From an uncultured archaeon (lineage in GTDB: Archaea; Thermoplasmatota; Penumbrarchaeia; JASLWR01), in contig CAYFHS010000008.1 of the NCBI GenBank assembly GCA_964342815.1, positions 68,813-132,812 of the forward strand: a DNA stretch of 64,000 nucleotides. The letters run 5' to 3'. Of this stretch, positions 19,003 through 30,817 are shown in pieces; the first letter of the stretch is position 1; the number at the start of each line of letters is the position of its first letter. The notes beneath the pieces were generated by a model, which did no database searches, had not been told where the DNA came from, and saw nothing but the letters and a program-made list of their open reading frames with translations. The position numbers and the translations under genes are program-made.

Positions 19003-21837
19003 GTGCCAGATACTATAAAGATACGAAAAGCAAACGAACACAACCTGAAGAATATAGACCTAGACATACCCCGGAACAAGCTTGTGGTTATTACCGGCGT
19101 CAGCGGTAGCGGGAAATCTTCATTGGCTTTCGACACGCTTTTCGCAGAAGGGCAGAGAAGATACGTCGAATCCCTGTCAGCATACGCACGACAATTCCTG
19201 CTGCAGATGGAAAAACCCAATGTGGAGTCTATCGAGGGTCTTTCACCTGCAATTGCGATTCAGCAGAAAGCTACTGGCCATAATCCACGCTCTACCGTTG
19301 GCACCATAACGGAGATATACGATTATCTGAGAGTTTTGTTCGCAAGGGTCGGCGAGGTGTATTGTTACAACTGCGGGAAACGAATAGAAAAACAGACAGT
19401 GGATCAGATTATCGAAAATATCATGACATCGGGGGCGGGGAAGGAGATAGTGGTCCTGGCTCCAGTGATAAGGGGCAGAAAAGGAGAATACAAGAAAACC
19501 ATGGAGGATCTCGTACAAAAAGGATTCGACAGGGGAAGAGTGGACGGCAGATATTTGGACCTGTCCGATGATATTGAGCTTGAGAGATACAAAAAACATT
19601 CTATCGAGGTGGACATTGACAGGTTGACGGTCAACAGTAATAATAGAAGCAGACTGGCGGAAAGTCTCGAAATGGGACTCAAGCTCGGAGCTGGGATCGT
19701 GATAGTGAATGTGGACGGAAAGGACGTTCTGTTCAGCGAGATGTTCTCTTGCTCGGACTGCGGGATCAACTACGAAGAGCTGACACCAAGAAAATTCTCC
19801 TTCAATAATCCATACGGCGCTTGCGGAAAATGCAACGGGCTTGGAACCACCATGAACATTGATCCGGATCTCGTGGTCCCGGATAAAAAAAGGACCATAC
19901 GCGAAGGTGCAATATCCACCATGCCCAAGGGACCTCAATCATTCTCATTCCGGGCTCTCCAGGAGGTAGCCAATCATTTTGGTTTCAGCGTCGATGTTCC
20001 CTTTGAGGATTTATCCGTGGAACATCGTTGGATCGTGATGTACGGCACAGGTCAGGAGAAAATCCATTTTCGGTTCAAGGGTGAGCGCCCCGGAAAACAG
20101 TACCGATACGAATTCAACCGTCCATATGAAGGGGTAATACCGGCTCTTGAAAGAAGGTTGGTGGAAACGAAATCCAGCTATATACGGCGGGAATTGGATA
20201 ATTACATGTCCAAGAGAAAATGCCCGGTTTGCCAGGGGGAACGGCTCAGACCCGAAAGCCTGTCAGTGCGGGTAGGCGGGAAGAACATTACGAGCATTAC
20301 CGGTATGTCCGTCAAGGACGCACTTAGATTCTTCTCGGAACTTCAGGAGACGGAACAGCAGAGGATCATTTCAGGTCCCGTTTTGAAGGAGATCAAGGCA
20401 CGTCTGACCTTCATGTTGAACGTTGGCCTCGATTATCTGAGTTTGAACCGCCAATCAGATACTCTATCAAGCGGCGAAGCACAGCGTATACAGCTGGCCA
20501 CTCAGATAGGCTCGAAGCTATGCGGAGTTCTATACATACTGGACGAACCCAGTATAGGACTCCACCAGCGGGATATCAGCAGACTTCTTTCCATACTTGC
20601 GGAATTGAGAGAGCTGGGAAACACTCTTCTGGTGGTGGAACATGACGAGGAAACCATGAGGTTGGCCGACCATATTATCGATATGGGACCTGGAGCAGGT
20701 GAGCATGGCGGCGAGGTTGTTGCAGCGGGAGCTCTGCATGATATAATGAAGGCCGAAAATTCGCTCACTGGGGCATTCTTGACCAAAAAGATCGAGATCG
20801 AGATTCCCAGGCAACGGAGGAATCATAATTCAAAATATCTTACTGTAAGGGGGGCTAGAGAACATAATCTCAAGAACATCGATATTGCGATTCCACTTGG
20901 TGTCTTCGTATGCGTAACAGGTGTTTCAGGTTCGGGTAAGAGCACTCTTATTAACGATATTACCTACAAAACTCTTGCACGGACTCTTTACCGTGCAAAA
21001 GCAGCGCCTGGGGATCATGATAACATCGAGGGCATGGAACACGTGGACAAGGTGATCATAATAGACCAATCCCCGATAGGCAGAACCCCCCGCTCAAATC
21101 CGGCGACCTATACAGGCGTGTTTTCCCCCATGAGAGAGCTTTTCAGCAAACTACCCGAGGCTGGAAGAAGAGGATACAAACCCGGAAGATTCAGCTTCAA
21201 CGTAAAAGGCGGCCGCTGCGAGAACTGCAAGGGAGCGGGAAGCATATTGATAGAGATGCACTTCCTGCCTGATGTGTATATAAGGTGCGACGTGTGCAAA
21301 GGTTTGAGATACAACACGGAAACCCTGGAGGTCAGATACAAGGGCAAGAATATTTCCGAAGTACTGCAGATGACCATTGAAGAAGGGTATGATTTTTTCA
21401 AAAATATTCCAAAGATAAACCGAAAACTTGAAACATTAATCGATGTCGGCCTGGGTTACATGAAGATCGGACAACCGGCAACGACGTTATCAGGCGGGGA
21501 AGCCCAGCGAGTAAAGCTATCAAGAGAATTGTCGAAAAGGAGCACTGGCCGCACCATTTACATCCTTGACGAGCCCACCACAGGGCTGCATTTTGCCGAT
21601 ATAAAAAAGTTGATAAACGTGTTGAGTCGGTTGGTGGATGCTGGGAACACAGTTGTGGTGATTGAACATAATCTGGATGTGATCAAGTGCGCGGACTATA
21701 TCATTGACCTTGGCCCCGAAGGAGGCGATGGAGGAGGATTGTTAATTGCCTCGGGAACACCGGAGGAGATCGCCGCAACACCTTCTTCGTTCACGGGTAA
21801 ATACCTAAAAGAGGTATTGAACGATGCCGGTAGATAG
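19003..21837 (+). CDS. uvrA: Excinuclease ABC subunit A
   Basis: [14 protein letters not shown], zinc fingers, LSSGEAQRI and LSGGEAQRV signatures; GTG start. Confidence 0.97.
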   Translation: MPDTIKIRKANEHNLKNIDLDIPRNKLVVITGVSGSGKSSLAFDTLFAEGQRRYVESLSAYARQFLLQMEKPNVESIEGLSPAIAIQQKATGHNPRSTVGTITEIYDYLRVLFARVGEVYCYNCGKRIEKQTVDQIIENIMTSGAGKEIVVLAPVIRGRKGEYKKTMEDLVQKGFDRGRVDGRYLDLSDDIELERYKKHSIEVDIDRLTVNSNNRSRLAESLEMGLKLGAGIVIVNVDGKDVLFSEMFSCSDCGINYEELTPRKFSFNNPYGACGKCNGLGTTMNIDPDLVVPDKKRTIREGAISTMPKGPQSFSFRALQEVANHFGFSVDVPFEDLSVEHRWIVMYGTGQEKIHFRFKGERPGKQYRYEFNRPYEGVIPALERRLVETKSSYIRRELDNYMSKRKCPVCQGERLRPESLSVRVGGKNITSITGMSVKDALRFFSELQETEQQRIISGPVLKEIKARLTFMLNVGLDYLSLNRQSDTLSSGEAQRIQLATQIGSKLCGVLYILDEPSIGLHQRDISRLLSILAELRELGNTLLVVEHDEETMRLADHIIDMGPGAGEHGGEVVAAGALHDIMKAENSLTGAFLTKKIEIEIPRQRRNHNSKYLTVRGAREHNLKNIDIAIPLGVFVCVTGVSGSGKSTLINDITYKTLARTLYRAKAAPGDHDNIEGMEHVDKVIIIDQSPIGRTPRSNPATYTGVFSPMRELFSKLPEAGRRGYKPGRFSFNVKGGRCENCKGAGSILIEMHFLPDVYIRCDVCKGLRYNTETLEVRYKGKNISEVLQMTIEEGYDFFKNIPKINRKLETLIDVGLGYMKIGQPATTLSGGEAQRVKLSRELSKRSTGRTIYILDEPTTGLHFADIKKLINVLSRLVDAGNTVVVIEHNLDVIKCADYIIDLGPEGGDGGGLLIASGTPEEIAATPSSFTGKYLKEVLNDAGR

Positions 21838-23620
21838 GAAAGTTATCATGAATATACCCGAGAGCACGGGTGTTTATGTTTTTTGGTCCGAAAAAAAGGT
21901 TATTTACGTTGGGAAAGCCCTATCGCTAAAAAACCGGGTCAGGGACCATTTTTCTCTCTCAAACAATGAGGCGAAAGAAGTTAACCTTCGTGAGAAAACC
22001 GACAGAATAGAATTTTTTGTCACTGGAAGCGAGGCTGAAGCCCTGATACTTGAGCGGAACCTGATTAAGCGTTATTTGCCGAGGTACAATATACTGCTAA
22101 AGGATGATAAATCCTTCCCATTCATCAAGATAACGCTTGCAGAAGAGTGTCCAAGAGCCTACATCACAAGAGAATTGATCGACGACGGCTCCCTATATTT
22201 CGGCCCCTATGCCAGCCAGGGAGGAATAAAGAGAGTACTTGGGTACCTCAGAAAACTTTTCGGAATACGATATTGTAAAAAAAAAATTGGCTATGGTTCA
22301 GCCGACAGGCCATGTCTCAATTACCAGATAAGACAGTGTTCAGCACCTTGCGCGGGAAAGATCAGCCGGGAAGATTATGAAAAAGCCTTGGCCGGCGTTT
22401 GTTTGTTTTTAAGGGGTGATATTAAAAGACTTTTAGCAGAGCTGCAGGCTGAAATGGGCAATTATTCGAAATTGCAGAATTACGAAAAGGCCGCTGTATT
22501 GAGAGACCGTATCAATGATATCAAGGCGGTCTCGCAAAGGCAAAGGGTGTCGAGAGCTCTCGAAGGGGACCTCGATGTGGTGGGTACGGCAATAAGGGGC
22601 GATAAGGCTTGCATACAACTATTTATAGTCAGGCGGGGAAATCTTATCGGAAAGGAGGTTTTTATCGAGAGTGTCCCTCCGGGCAGCACTCACTCGGAGG
22701 TATTGACAGCATTCGTTGAACAGAGATATTTCGGGAGGCTGGATATCCCGTCAAAGATAGTAACAAGCCACAAACTGATAGATAAGAAATTCATAAGAGG
22801 ATGGCTGCGTGATAAAAAAATCAAGGCAAGGTTGTCTATGGCGAGAAACGAAATGGAACGGGATCTGAAAAAATTAGTCCTCCAAAACGCTTATGAGAAG
22901 TTATCAATGGAGCTGAAAATGGAAAAGGTCGTCCCAGCCCTCATGGAACTCCGTTCAGCACTATCGCTCCTGGAGGTCCCGGAGAGGATAGAGGGGATCG
23001 ACATATCAGATATAAGCGGGGACTGGGCCGTTGGTTCTCTCGTTTCGTTCTTCAGAGGAGAACCTGACAAGAAGAACTACAGGAAATTCAAAATCAAAGC
23101 AGTTGAGGGGATTGATGATTACGCCATGGTACGAGAGGTAGTGAGAAGAAGATATTCCCGGTTGGTGAACGAAGGTGGGAGGCTGCCGAATATAATTCTC
23201 ATCGATGGTGGGAAGGGCCATCTAAGCTCGGCGGTGGAAGAACTGGAACGTTTATGTATCGATGTTCCGGTGATATCCATTGCAAAGAAGCGGGAGGAGA
23301 TATTCGTTCAGGATTGCAGTGACCCTCTCGAGATAGGGCATAAATCCGAAGGCATGTCCCTATTGGTGCAAATTAGGGATGAGGCACACCGATTTGCAGT
23401 GGATTATCACAGAAAACTGAGGCGGAAAAGGGTAAAAAGATCGATTCTCGATGAAATTCCAGGTGTGGGTCCTGCCAGACGGAAAAAATTGATCAAACAT
23501 TTTGGCAGCGTACGGAAACTGCGGGAGGCTTCCCTGGATGAGATTACGGAAGTACATTCGGTGGGGAGCTCGCTGGCTGAGGAGATATATCTTTTTTTAC
23601 ATGGAAGTAAAAGAAAGTGA
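21824..23620 (+). CDS. uvrC: Excinuclease ABC subunit C
   Basis: GIY-YIG ([12 protein letters not shown]), UVR, RNase H-like ([22 protein letters not shown]) and HhH domains. Confidence 0.97.
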   Translation: MPVDRKVIMNIPESTGVYVFWSEKKVIYVGKALSLKNRVRDHFSLSNNEAKEVNLREKTDRIEFFVTGSEAEALILERNLIKRYLPRYNILLKDDKSFPFIKITLAEECPRAYITRELIDDGSLYFGPYASQGGIKRVLGYLRKLFGIRYCKKKIGYGSADRPCLNYQIRQCSAPCAGKISREDYEKALAGVCLFLRGDIKRLLAELQAEMGNYSKLQNYEKAAVLRDRINDIKAVSQRQRVSRALEGDLDVVGTAIRGDKACIQLFIVRRGNLIGKEVFIESVPPGSTHSEVLTAFVEQRYFGRLDIPSKIVTSHKLIDKKFIRGWLRDKKIKARLSMARNEMERDLKKLVLQNAYEKLSMELKMEKVVPALMELRSALSLLEVPERIEGIDISDISGDWAVGSLVSFFRGEPDKKNYRKFKIKAVEGIDDYAMVREVVRRRYSRLVNEGGRLPNIILIDGGKGHLSSAVEELERLCIDVPVISIAKKREEIFVQDCSDPLEIGHKSEGMSLLVQIRDEAHRFAVDYHRKLRRKRVKRSILDEIPGVGPARRKKLIKHFGSVRKLREASLDEITEVHSVGSSLAEEIYLFLHGSKRK

Positions 23621-23756
23621 TATTGGGTGTAAAATAGAAAAAGACGAGTTTTTATGTTCACTTTTATTTGCTATTTCATAAAATCCACAGGAATTCAACT
23701 GGTTTTCAGGGTTTACCTAGGATAAAGATAATAGTAATGAAAGCGATTCACCACCG

Positions 23757-25184
23757 ATGCGAGTACTCCAGGTCGTGCATGATTTTCTTCCCAAATACAA
23801 CGCCGGTACAGAGCGATACACGCATGATCTTTGCCGAGAATTGATGTGTAATAATGAAGTATCCATTCTTTGCGGCGAGCATGAACCACGGAAAAAAGAT
23901 TATGAATTTTCCGACGAAAAATATCTCGGACTACCAGTTCGCAGAATATACCTTCCCAGGAGACACGAATACTCTCAAAGCTATCACAATCCTGAAATGG
24001 ATTCCACATTCCGGAACCTTCTCGATATGTTCTTACCTGACGTGATCCACTTCCAGCACCTGATATACCTCTCGCTTTCATTCGTTGATATCGCCCGAGA
24101 ACGCGGTATACCAGTGATAATGACACTTCATGATTACTGGTTGATGTGTCCAATGGGTCAGTTATTGAAAAGGGATTGGGGAACCGGTACTTCATTTAAA
24201 CGGAATATCGAATTGTGCATGGGTCCCGAAAATGATAATTGTCTAAAATGCATGTGTCCTCCTTTTGGATATATTTTAAAAAAGAGAATAAAAAGGAAAC
24301 TGCGGGACCCCGAAGACTTGGGCCCTGGTATCGGAAGAATATTCGATGTCATCTCGAGCCTGCAACGGGATGAAGTACGGAACATGTTCGGCCCCATAAA
24401 GGCCAGATTACAGGGAGCCGCCTATCTTAATAAGGGGGATATAGAAAAAAGAGAGCGGGAAATTAAGAAAATCGTAAAAAAAATAAATATGTTCATTTCA
24501 CCCTCAAAATTCCTTCGGGATCGATTTATTGACTGGGGCCTTCCTGAAAAGAAGATAAGGCATGTAGAGAATGGGACCGAGGTCCGGCCTTTCCACAAAT
24601 CACAGAAGAAAAGCAATGATCGACATGAGGGCGGTGCCGCCAAAAAGGTTAAAATCGGATTTATAGGGACCTTAAAATCCGATAAAGCACCGCATCTCAT
24701 ACTGGAAGCGCTAAACCTTATGGAATACTCAGGGAGTGTGGTGGTGAAAATATACGGGGATACCACAGTAGACCCGATTTATGCGAATTTCATGAAGAGA
24801 TTGGTAAGAAAGGGAGAAGTTACTTTCATGGGAAAGTTCGGTGAAGATGAAAAACCGGCAATCTATCGGGATATGAGCGCTCTAGTTGTCCCTTCTGTTT
24901 GGTTCGAGAATTCACCCGTTACCATTCATGAGGCGTTTGCTGCTGAAATCCCTGTGATCACGTCAGATATCGGTGGAATGAAAGAACTTGTGACCCATGG
25001 AAAGAACGGGCTGCTGTTCCAGGCGGGTTCGGTTCCCGATCTAGCCAAAAAACTTGATGAATTTGTTGGAGATAATAAATTGAGAGAATGCTTAAGGAAT
25101 GGAATTAAGAAAGTAAAGACAATGGATGAGCACGGAAATGAAATATTGAAGATATACAAGAACGTAATCGATGATGCGAATTAA
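23757..25184 (+). CDS. GT4 glycosyltransferase
   Basis: HDFLP, TLHDYW, VPSVWFENSPVTIHEAFAA, SDIGGMKE. Confidence 0.9.
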   Translation: MRVLQVVHDFLPKYNAGTERYTHDLCRELMCNNEVSILCGEHEPRKKDYEFSDEKYLGLPVRRIYLPRRHEYSQSYHNPEMDSTFRNLLDMFLPDVIHFQHLIYLSLSFVDIARERGIPVIMTLHDYWLMCPMGQLLKRDWGTGTSFKRNIELCMGPENDNCLKCMCPPFGYILKKRIKRKLRDPEDLGPGIGRIFDVISSLQRDEVRNMFGPIKARLQGAAYLNKGDIEKREREIKKIVKKINMFISPSKFLRDRFIDWGLPEKKIRHVENGTEVRPFHKSQKKSNDRHEGGAAKKVKIGFIGTLKSDKAPHLILEALNLMEYSGSVVVKIYGDTTVDPIYANFMKRLVRKGEVTFMGKFGEDEKPAIYRDMSALVVPSVWFENSPVTIHEAFAAEIPVITSDIGGMKELVTHGKNGLLFQAGSVPDLAKKLDEFVGDNKLRECLRNGIKKVKTMDEHGNEILKIYKNVIDDAN

Positions 25185-25532
25185 TCAGATTTCCTCCGTC
25201 CCCTCACCCCTGTACTCGGTTACCCTTATCCCGTCCTTTACTTTAATGGCCTTCCGCTTCATTATTTTGTCCATTTTTACAAGGAACGTTTTTTCGAGAT
25301 CAACGTCCAGTACAACGCAGTGTCCCAACAATAAAATAAAAATATCGGCAAGCTCTTCTTTGATTTCTTCCAAATCCTTTCCCTTGGTGAGACATTCCGC
25401 CAACTCGCCCACCTCCTCCATCATCAGGAGCATTCTGAAATTCATATCCGAACCATTGTTGTTTGCGAAATCGTGCTTCTCGTGGAAGCGCCGAACCATT
25501 TCCGTAAGCTTAGATAATTCCAAAAAGAACAA
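25185..25532 (-). CDS. MazG-like nucleotide pyrophosphohydrolase
   Basis: EEVGELAE...EELADIF motif. Start position uncertain. Confidence 0.85.
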   Translation of the reverse strand: MFFLELSKLTEMVRRFHEKHDFANNNGSDMNFRMLLMMEEVGELAECLTKGKDLEEIKEELADIFILLLGHCVVLDVDLEKTFLVKMDKIMKRKAIKVKDGIRVTEYRGEGTEEI

Positions 25533-25549
25533 CCCCTGCTGCCCTCGAT

Positions 25550-27001
25550 TTAATTGTCTGCATCGTCCAGCTCAATAGTGAATAAAACTTCATCTTCGGT
25601 TTTTTCACCATTCGAGCTCCCCTCGTCATCTGATCCTCCATTCTCCCCCGGGGGTTCGATGGATTCCTCCTCGGGATCGTTGGTATCATCAGGAGAATCA
25701 TCAATATCTCCCTTATCATCCGTATTCTCTTCCCTATTTTCATCCCCCTCATCACTATCATCATCTTTATCATTGGATCCCTCCCCTAATTCGATAACGT
25801 CGATTTCGCCAGCTTCTTCCTCTGCCAGATCTTCGATTTCGTCAATATCCTCACTTGTCTGATCATCCACTTCATCTCCATCTCTCTCGGATTCTCCGTC
25901 ACCTTCCTCATCAGGTTCTTCGGTGATTTCATCAGTCTCCTCCAAGTCGTCGCAGTGTGGGCAGAATTCCAGCGAAATATGATAATATCCACCACATTTG
26001 TCGCAGATGTTCAGTTCTTCCCCGGTCTCCTTCGAAATGGCAATTCGCCTGACAGGTATCTTCATTACCAGATCGGATTCTTCTTCAGATGGTTTTTCGG
26101 TCATGGGGAACACTTCGGTCCCGTCCGTATCTTTTTCGTTTTCCACGGGGTGCAGCATAGACGCAAGGCTTACTTCCGCAGATCCATCCGATTCCACTAT
26201 TGGAAGTATTGATTTCATCTCTTCCAGTTCGTCGAAAATATCTGATACCGCTTCTCCGACCCCCGAATTTGTTCCCTCATCTTCATCCAATCCCAATCTT
26301 CTTCCGAAATCCTCCCGGGCCCATTGAACCGTTTCCAGTATCTCTTTCGAATACTTCTTTGCCTTTACCTCCTTTATGCCTTTTACCATTTCCAATTCTT
26401 CAACGGTGGATGGCAATTTGAGTGCTATGTCCTTCAAGGTATCGTCATTGAAGACCATGTAGGGCGGGATATCGTTTGAATGAGCCAGATTCCTCCGCAT
26501 ACTCCTCAATTCCGGTATAACGGCTTTCTGTTCAGGTGTAAAGATAGGTTCGAGCTGATGGTATAATGGAAATGGTAGCGGGACCCAGGCAATATCCTTG
26601 CCTTCAAGACCCTGTTCGCCTCGGTCCGAGATTCGTATATTATGAATCTCTTCCTCCTTGACAACCATATCTATGAATCCTTTTTCTATAAGGGCATCGA
26701 TCATGCTGATAATATCCTTCTTACTAAGTTTCCCAAGGTCTCCGTAAAATGGATTCTGGTCAAGATCATTGTCCAGTATAACCAGGGATGCACTTCCTCT
26801 CAATACTGAAGCCAGCACGTACCTTCCAAAATCCTTTGGCAGGGCAGACAAGCAGCCGAGTATCCGGCCTGCTGTGTTGGTTTCAAGTACATGATCGGAG
26901 AATAAAAGGGAAATATCGCGGTTGCAAAAAGGACAGGATTCTTCTTTAATTTTCAGTTCATTGCCGCAAAAGGGACAAAAATTTATCTGGGCTTCGGTCA
27001 T
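25550..27001 (-). CDS. Zinc-ribbon + RQC + HRDC protein with a long acidic tail and no helicase core
   Basis: CPFC/CPFC N-terminus; RQC-like FGRYVLASVLRGS...YGDL; HRDC LRSMRRNLA...PPYMVFNDDTLKDIA...VKGI...KYSKEIL; second CxxC...CxxC; D/E-rich C-terminus. Confidence 0.82.
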   Translation of the reverse strand: MTEAQINFCPFCGNELKIKEESCPFCNRDISLLFSDHVLETNTAGRILGCLSALPKDFGRYVLASVLRGSASLVILDNDLDQNPFYGDLGKLSKKDIISMIDALIEKGFIDMVVKEEEIHNIRISDRGEQGLEGKDIAWVPLPFPLYHQLEPIFTPEQKAVIPELRSMRRNLAHSNDIPPYMVFNDDTLKDIALKLPSTVEELEMVKGIKEVKAKKYSKEILETVQWAREDFGRRLGLDEDEGTNSGVGEAVSDIFDELEEMKSILPIVESDGSAEVSLASMLHPVENEKDTDGTEVFPMTEKPSEEESDLVMKIPVRRIAISKETGEELNICDKCGGYYHISLEFCPHCDDLEETDEITEEPDEEGDGESERDGDEVDDQTSEDIDEIEDLAEEEAGEIDVIELGEGSNDKDDDSDEGDENREENTDDKGDIDDSPDDTNDPEEESIEPPGENGGSDDEGSSNGEKTEDEVLFTIELDDADN

Positions 27002-27128
27002 TTGGGGCCACCTTCAAGAGGATCGAATTAATCATTTAGGGTTTACGATTACAGATAATATAGAAATTACATAAATGATTTACCTACGGATTAAATAAAC
27101 AACGAAACAGTAATGATCAACAAAAAAT

Positions 27129-28286
27129 TCAATCCTTCATTTCGATTTCAAATCTATTTAGAAGGTAAGGAGCAAATACAAAATCCTTGAAAATTTTCCC
27201 CTCGGATACCGACAATAACTTAAACCAAGGTTCTTTAAGAAGAGAGCCTTTTCTTGTCAACTGCTCCATTATTTTCTTTTTAATTCGTTTAAAATCCCCA
27301 AGGTTCATGCAGGGAAATATTGCCAGCATTTTATCCTTTCCCTGTATCGTGAAAACAGCAGCTAGATTGGCAAACAACGCGCGGGTAGATTCCTGCCGCT
27401 CACCTATATCTATATCGGGTCTGAAATTAATAAACAGTACCGCGATAATATCTACTCCTAATCCTTCAAGGGCCGGTATCCTAACCGTTTTCAATAAATC
27501 CTTTTTTTCCAGCTCTTTTCTTGAACGGGATACCATCTGCCGCGTCACGTTCAACATACGTCCGGTCTGTTCATCCGGCATCATGGGATCCTTCACGAGC
27601 CCGTATAGTACCTTCTTTTCCTTTATTCTGAGTTTAGTTGTGCCAATCTTTCCATCTATTTCCCCAGGTAAGATATTCGGTTTATCCTCCGGCCTTAGGG
27701 ATTCCATGATCTTTTTGATCTCTGCCTGATCGTTTCCAAGGGTTTTAGTCAGGATCATTTCAAGCGGAAGTTCTTTTTTAAGGAAAACCGAATAATTAAA
27801 GCATGGATCAATTTCGGTATAGATGTGGGGAAAAGCGAACAATCGGGCATTATCGTAACGAATAATATTTTTATGGGATAAACGCATCGATAGTTCTCCC
27901 ATCCTCTCCTTCAATTCAGGATAGGTTCTGGCAAAACCCAAACAGAAAATGGAATCGATATCGGATAAACAGAAAAACACCTCCGGAAATCGATCTCTTA
28001 TCTCAATACCCAGTTCTTCACGGTTCGCTTCAATAGATTTAGGAAGCAAATCTGCCCACCAACCGAAAACAATATCGGAACCGATCCTGTCCATTCTCGG
28101 AAATCGTACTGTCTTAATAATACCCTTGTTCAGAAGACGGTTCTTTACAGCTGTTATGGTTGACATGTTTACAGGGATCACGTTCGATAGCTCCCTATCA
28201 TTTTTGAGTGGAAATCTTACGAGAGCGTATAGGGTCAATTTCTCCCGGTTCAATAATCTATCAGCGAACATCATTCGATAATTCAC
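27129..28286 (-). CDS. Tandem-duplicated Lrp/AsnC-like transcriptional regulator
   Basis: Two similar HTH halves: EKLTLYALVRFP...RLLNKGIIKTVRFP and EKKVLYGLVKDP...ELEKKDLLKTVRIP. Confidence 0.65.
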   Translation of the reverse strand: MNYRMMFADRLLNREKLTLYALVRFPLKNDRELSNVIPVNMSTITAVKNRLLNKGIIKTVRFPRMDRIGSDIVFGWWADLLPKSIEANREELGIEIRDRFPEVFFCLSDIDSIFCLGFARTYPELKERMGELSMRLSHKNIIRYDNARLFAFPHIYTEIDPCFNYSVFLKKELPLEMILTKTLGNDQAEIKKIMESLRPEDKPNILPGEIDGKIGTTKLRIKEKKVLYGLVKDPMMPDEQTGRMLNVTRQMVSRSRKELEKKDLLKTVRIPALEGLGVDIIAVLFINFRPDIDIGERQESTRALFANLAAVFTIQGKDKMLAIFPCMNLGDFKRIKKKIMEQLTRKGSLLKEPWFKLLSVSEGKIFKDFVFAPYLLNRFEIEMKD

Positions 28287-28415
28287 TTTCTGATAAAAAA
28301 GGTTTATTAAAAAATAAAAATTGTTCGTTAACTACTTAGAACCCAGTAAGACGATTCAATGCGGAAAGAATAATAACCATGATGACGCTTCTTTTTATCA
28401 TTACGAGGCGGATGA

Positions 28416-29120
28416 ATGAAAAAGAATCATGGGAATCAAATAGAAATGAGATCATATCCGGGATTATCTGCCAAAGGTATAAATTTCGACGTGAGCATTG
28501 AAACCTCCCGTGATCGGGTCGTGTTCAAATCCGAAAAAGATAGCAGGATAATAGATACGCCAGCATTTATCCCACTTCAGGATATTGATAAGGTATACAT
28601 CGATGAAAAAAGAAAGCTGCCGTCATCAGTTTTTCAGATTGGGCTTATCCTCGTATTACTTATTGGTGCATATTTATCCGTGGCTGAATATTTAAATTTT
28701 CAGGAGTCAACGGAAAATGCATTTTTTATTTTTTTCTTCGGACTTTCTGCCATTGGCCTGTTCATGATCGTTATCTATTTTATACTCAAACACCAGGTTC
28801 TGGTGATCAAGACCAAAGAGAGACAAACGATCCTGAGTGGTAATGCGGAGATGCTTGCTGGACTGCGTTTTGAGCTACATGTACAATCGAAGGGACGGCT
28901 TCTCGGTGAAGGAAATGATATTTCTGAAATCCGAACACATAATACCGACAAGATATCAAATGCAGCTAGCCCGTCACCATCAAAGGATAGAAATAAAAAG
29001 GAATTAACGTGCCCCCATTGTGGGAGCAACCGGTTGTATTACGAGGCTGGGTTGATGACAGGGTACAAGTATCATTGCAAATCCTGTCATTACGTGGGTT
29101 CATTCGTCATAGAAAAATAA
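28416..29120 (+). CDS. Two-TM membrane protein with a C-terminal zinc ribbon
   Basis: Two hydrophobic segments; CPHC...CKSC. Confidence 0.7.
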   Translation: MKKNHGNQIEMRSYPGLSAKGINFDVSIETSRDRVVFKSEKDSRIIDTPAFIPLQDIDKVYIDEKRKLPSSVFQIGLILVLLIGAYLSVAEYLNFQESTENAFFIFFFGLSAIGLFMIVIYFILKHQVLVIKTKERQTILSGNAEMLAGLRFELHVQSKGRLLGEGNDISEIRTHNTDKISNAASPSPSKDRNKKELTCPHCGSNRLYYEAGLMTGYKYHCKSCHYVGSFVIEK

Positions 29121-29135
29121 TCCGAGAAAGTTATA

Positions 29136-30251
29136 TCAAAGAAGGTTTTCCGGATTCAGTCCGTGAAGCTCTTTGGGGATGAAAATCCCGTCTTTCCTGA
29201 TAAGCTTTCCGTCGAAATATATCTCACCACCACCGTACTCAGATGTCTGGATGCAAACCATATCCCAGTGTACTTCCGAGATATTGCCATTACTCGCATC
29301 GTCATACGAATTGCCCGGTGTGAAATGGAACGACCCCATAATCTTTTCATCGAATAGTATATCTTTCATGGCTTTAGTAATAAATGGATTCACACCCAAT
29401 GCGAACTCCCCGACGTATCTGGCTCCTTCATCGCTATTTAGTATATCGTTTATCTTTTCTTCATCACTGCCGGTGGCTTTTATTATTTTTCCATCTTTGA
29501 ACTCAAGCTTTATGTTTTCGAAAACGGTCCCGTGGTAGAGCGTTGGGGTGTTGTACTGAACGTAACCATTGACGGAGTCCTTTACTGGCGCAGTGAAAAC
29601 TTCCCCGTCAGGTATGTTCAACTTCCCATCACATTTTATAACTGGAATATCCTTGATTGAGAATTTAAGATCGGTTCCAGGACCGGTGATATGCACCTTG
29701 TCGGTCCTCTCCATCAATTCCTTGAGGGGATCCATGGCTTTCGACATCCTAGAATAGTCCAATGTGCATACGTTAAAATAGAAATCCTCGAAGGTTTCCG
29801 TACTCATCCGAGCCAATTGGGCCATGGAACTTGTCGGCCAGCGCAGTACTACCCATTTTGTGTTCTTCACCCGTTTTTCGATATGAACCGGGTGCCACCA
29901 ATGGGTCTGGTATAGTTTCATCTTCTCCTGGGGAACATCACCCAGTTCGGATATGTTGTAATTTCCCCGGAGGCCGATATAGGCATCCATTTGGTCCATC
30001 CGGTAGCCTTCGTAATCTCCGATCAGTTTCATCTGTTCTTCCGTGGCGTTGCGGTAAAGAACCCTAATTATCTTGTTTTTCTTTAAGGTTACCATCGGAA
30101 CGCCACCGACCCTTGTAACCTCTCTTACAAGGGCGATTACCATTTCTTCGGGGATATCGAAGACCTCGATTAGTATCTTCTCGCCTTTTTTAAGGTCACA
30201 GGAGTAATTTACCAGAGCTTTTGCCAGCTTATTTATTCGCGGATCAAGCAT
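29136..30251 (-). CDS. M29 family aminopeptidase (AmpS/AmpT-like)
   Basis: NIPDGEVFT, GEFALG, ILFDEKIMGSFHFTPG, HWDMV. Confidence 0.92.
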   Translation of the reverse strand: MLDPRINKLAKALVNYSCDLKKGEKILIEVFDIPEEMVIALVREVTRVGGVPMVTLKKNKIIRVLYRNATEEQMKLIGDYEGYRMDQMDAYIGLRGNYNISELGDVPQEKMKLYQTHWWHPVHIEKRVKNTKWVVLRWPTSSMAQLARMSTETFEDFYFNVCTLDYSRMSKAMDPLKELMERTDKVHITGPGTDLKFSIKDIPVIKCDGKLNIPDGEVFTAPVKDSVNGYVQYNTPTLYHGTVFENIKLEFKDGKIIKATGSDEEKINDILNSDEGARYVGEFALGVNPFITKAMKDILFDEKIMGSFHFTPGNSYDDASNGNISEVHWDMVCIQTSEYGGGEIYFDGKLIRKDGIFIPKELHGLNPENLL

Positions 30252-30607
30252 GCATACACCTCTACATGTCCATGAAATTTTTTGGACATGATAGAACTCT
30301 AATTATAAAGTATTATGTGTTCCGGAAAAATTTGTTATTATCAACGGGTGGCCGATTGGTATGGTAGAGCTGTGTATCGAGTACAAAATAAATGAAATAC
30401 CCTTATGGTAAAAGAAAAAAGATTTTTCACTTATTAGGAGGATTGTAGATCTTGATTAAAACATAAATTCAAGGAAAACAACTAATTTCAGAGTAATAAT
30501 TAAATACAGCCTTTGTAATCCCCCCTAGAAGATTTCCGCTAGTAGGCAGTCTGGATAATAATATTATCCGGTAACTAAGCTCACGGGCGTTTAATAGGAG
30601 GCGTTAA

Positions 30608-30817
30608 TTGAGATACAGTCGTTACGAGAAAGCCCGTATCATCGGGGCTCGCGCATTGCAAATAAGCCTTGGAGCACCTGCTTTATTAGACATTCCTCCA
30701 GAAATTCACGACTCCGTACAGATCGCCCTTTATGAGTTCAAGAATGGCTGTACGCCTATTACGGCAATTCGATCTTCAAAGAGATTCAAGAAAAATTTCC
30801 AGGGAGGTGGATTCTGA
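30608..30817 (+). CDS. rpoK: DNA-directed RNA polymerase subunit K (Rpo6)
   Basis: RYEKARIIGARALQISLGAP; TTG start after GGAGG. Confidence 0.93.
   Translation: MRYSRYEKARIIGARALQISLGAPALLDIPPEIHDSVQIALYEFKNGCTPITAIRSSKRFKKNFQGGGF

Noticed and set aside
30420-30607. tRNA gene upstream of rpoK
   Set aside because: No T-arm consensus or cloverleaf; only a short AT-rich hairpin.
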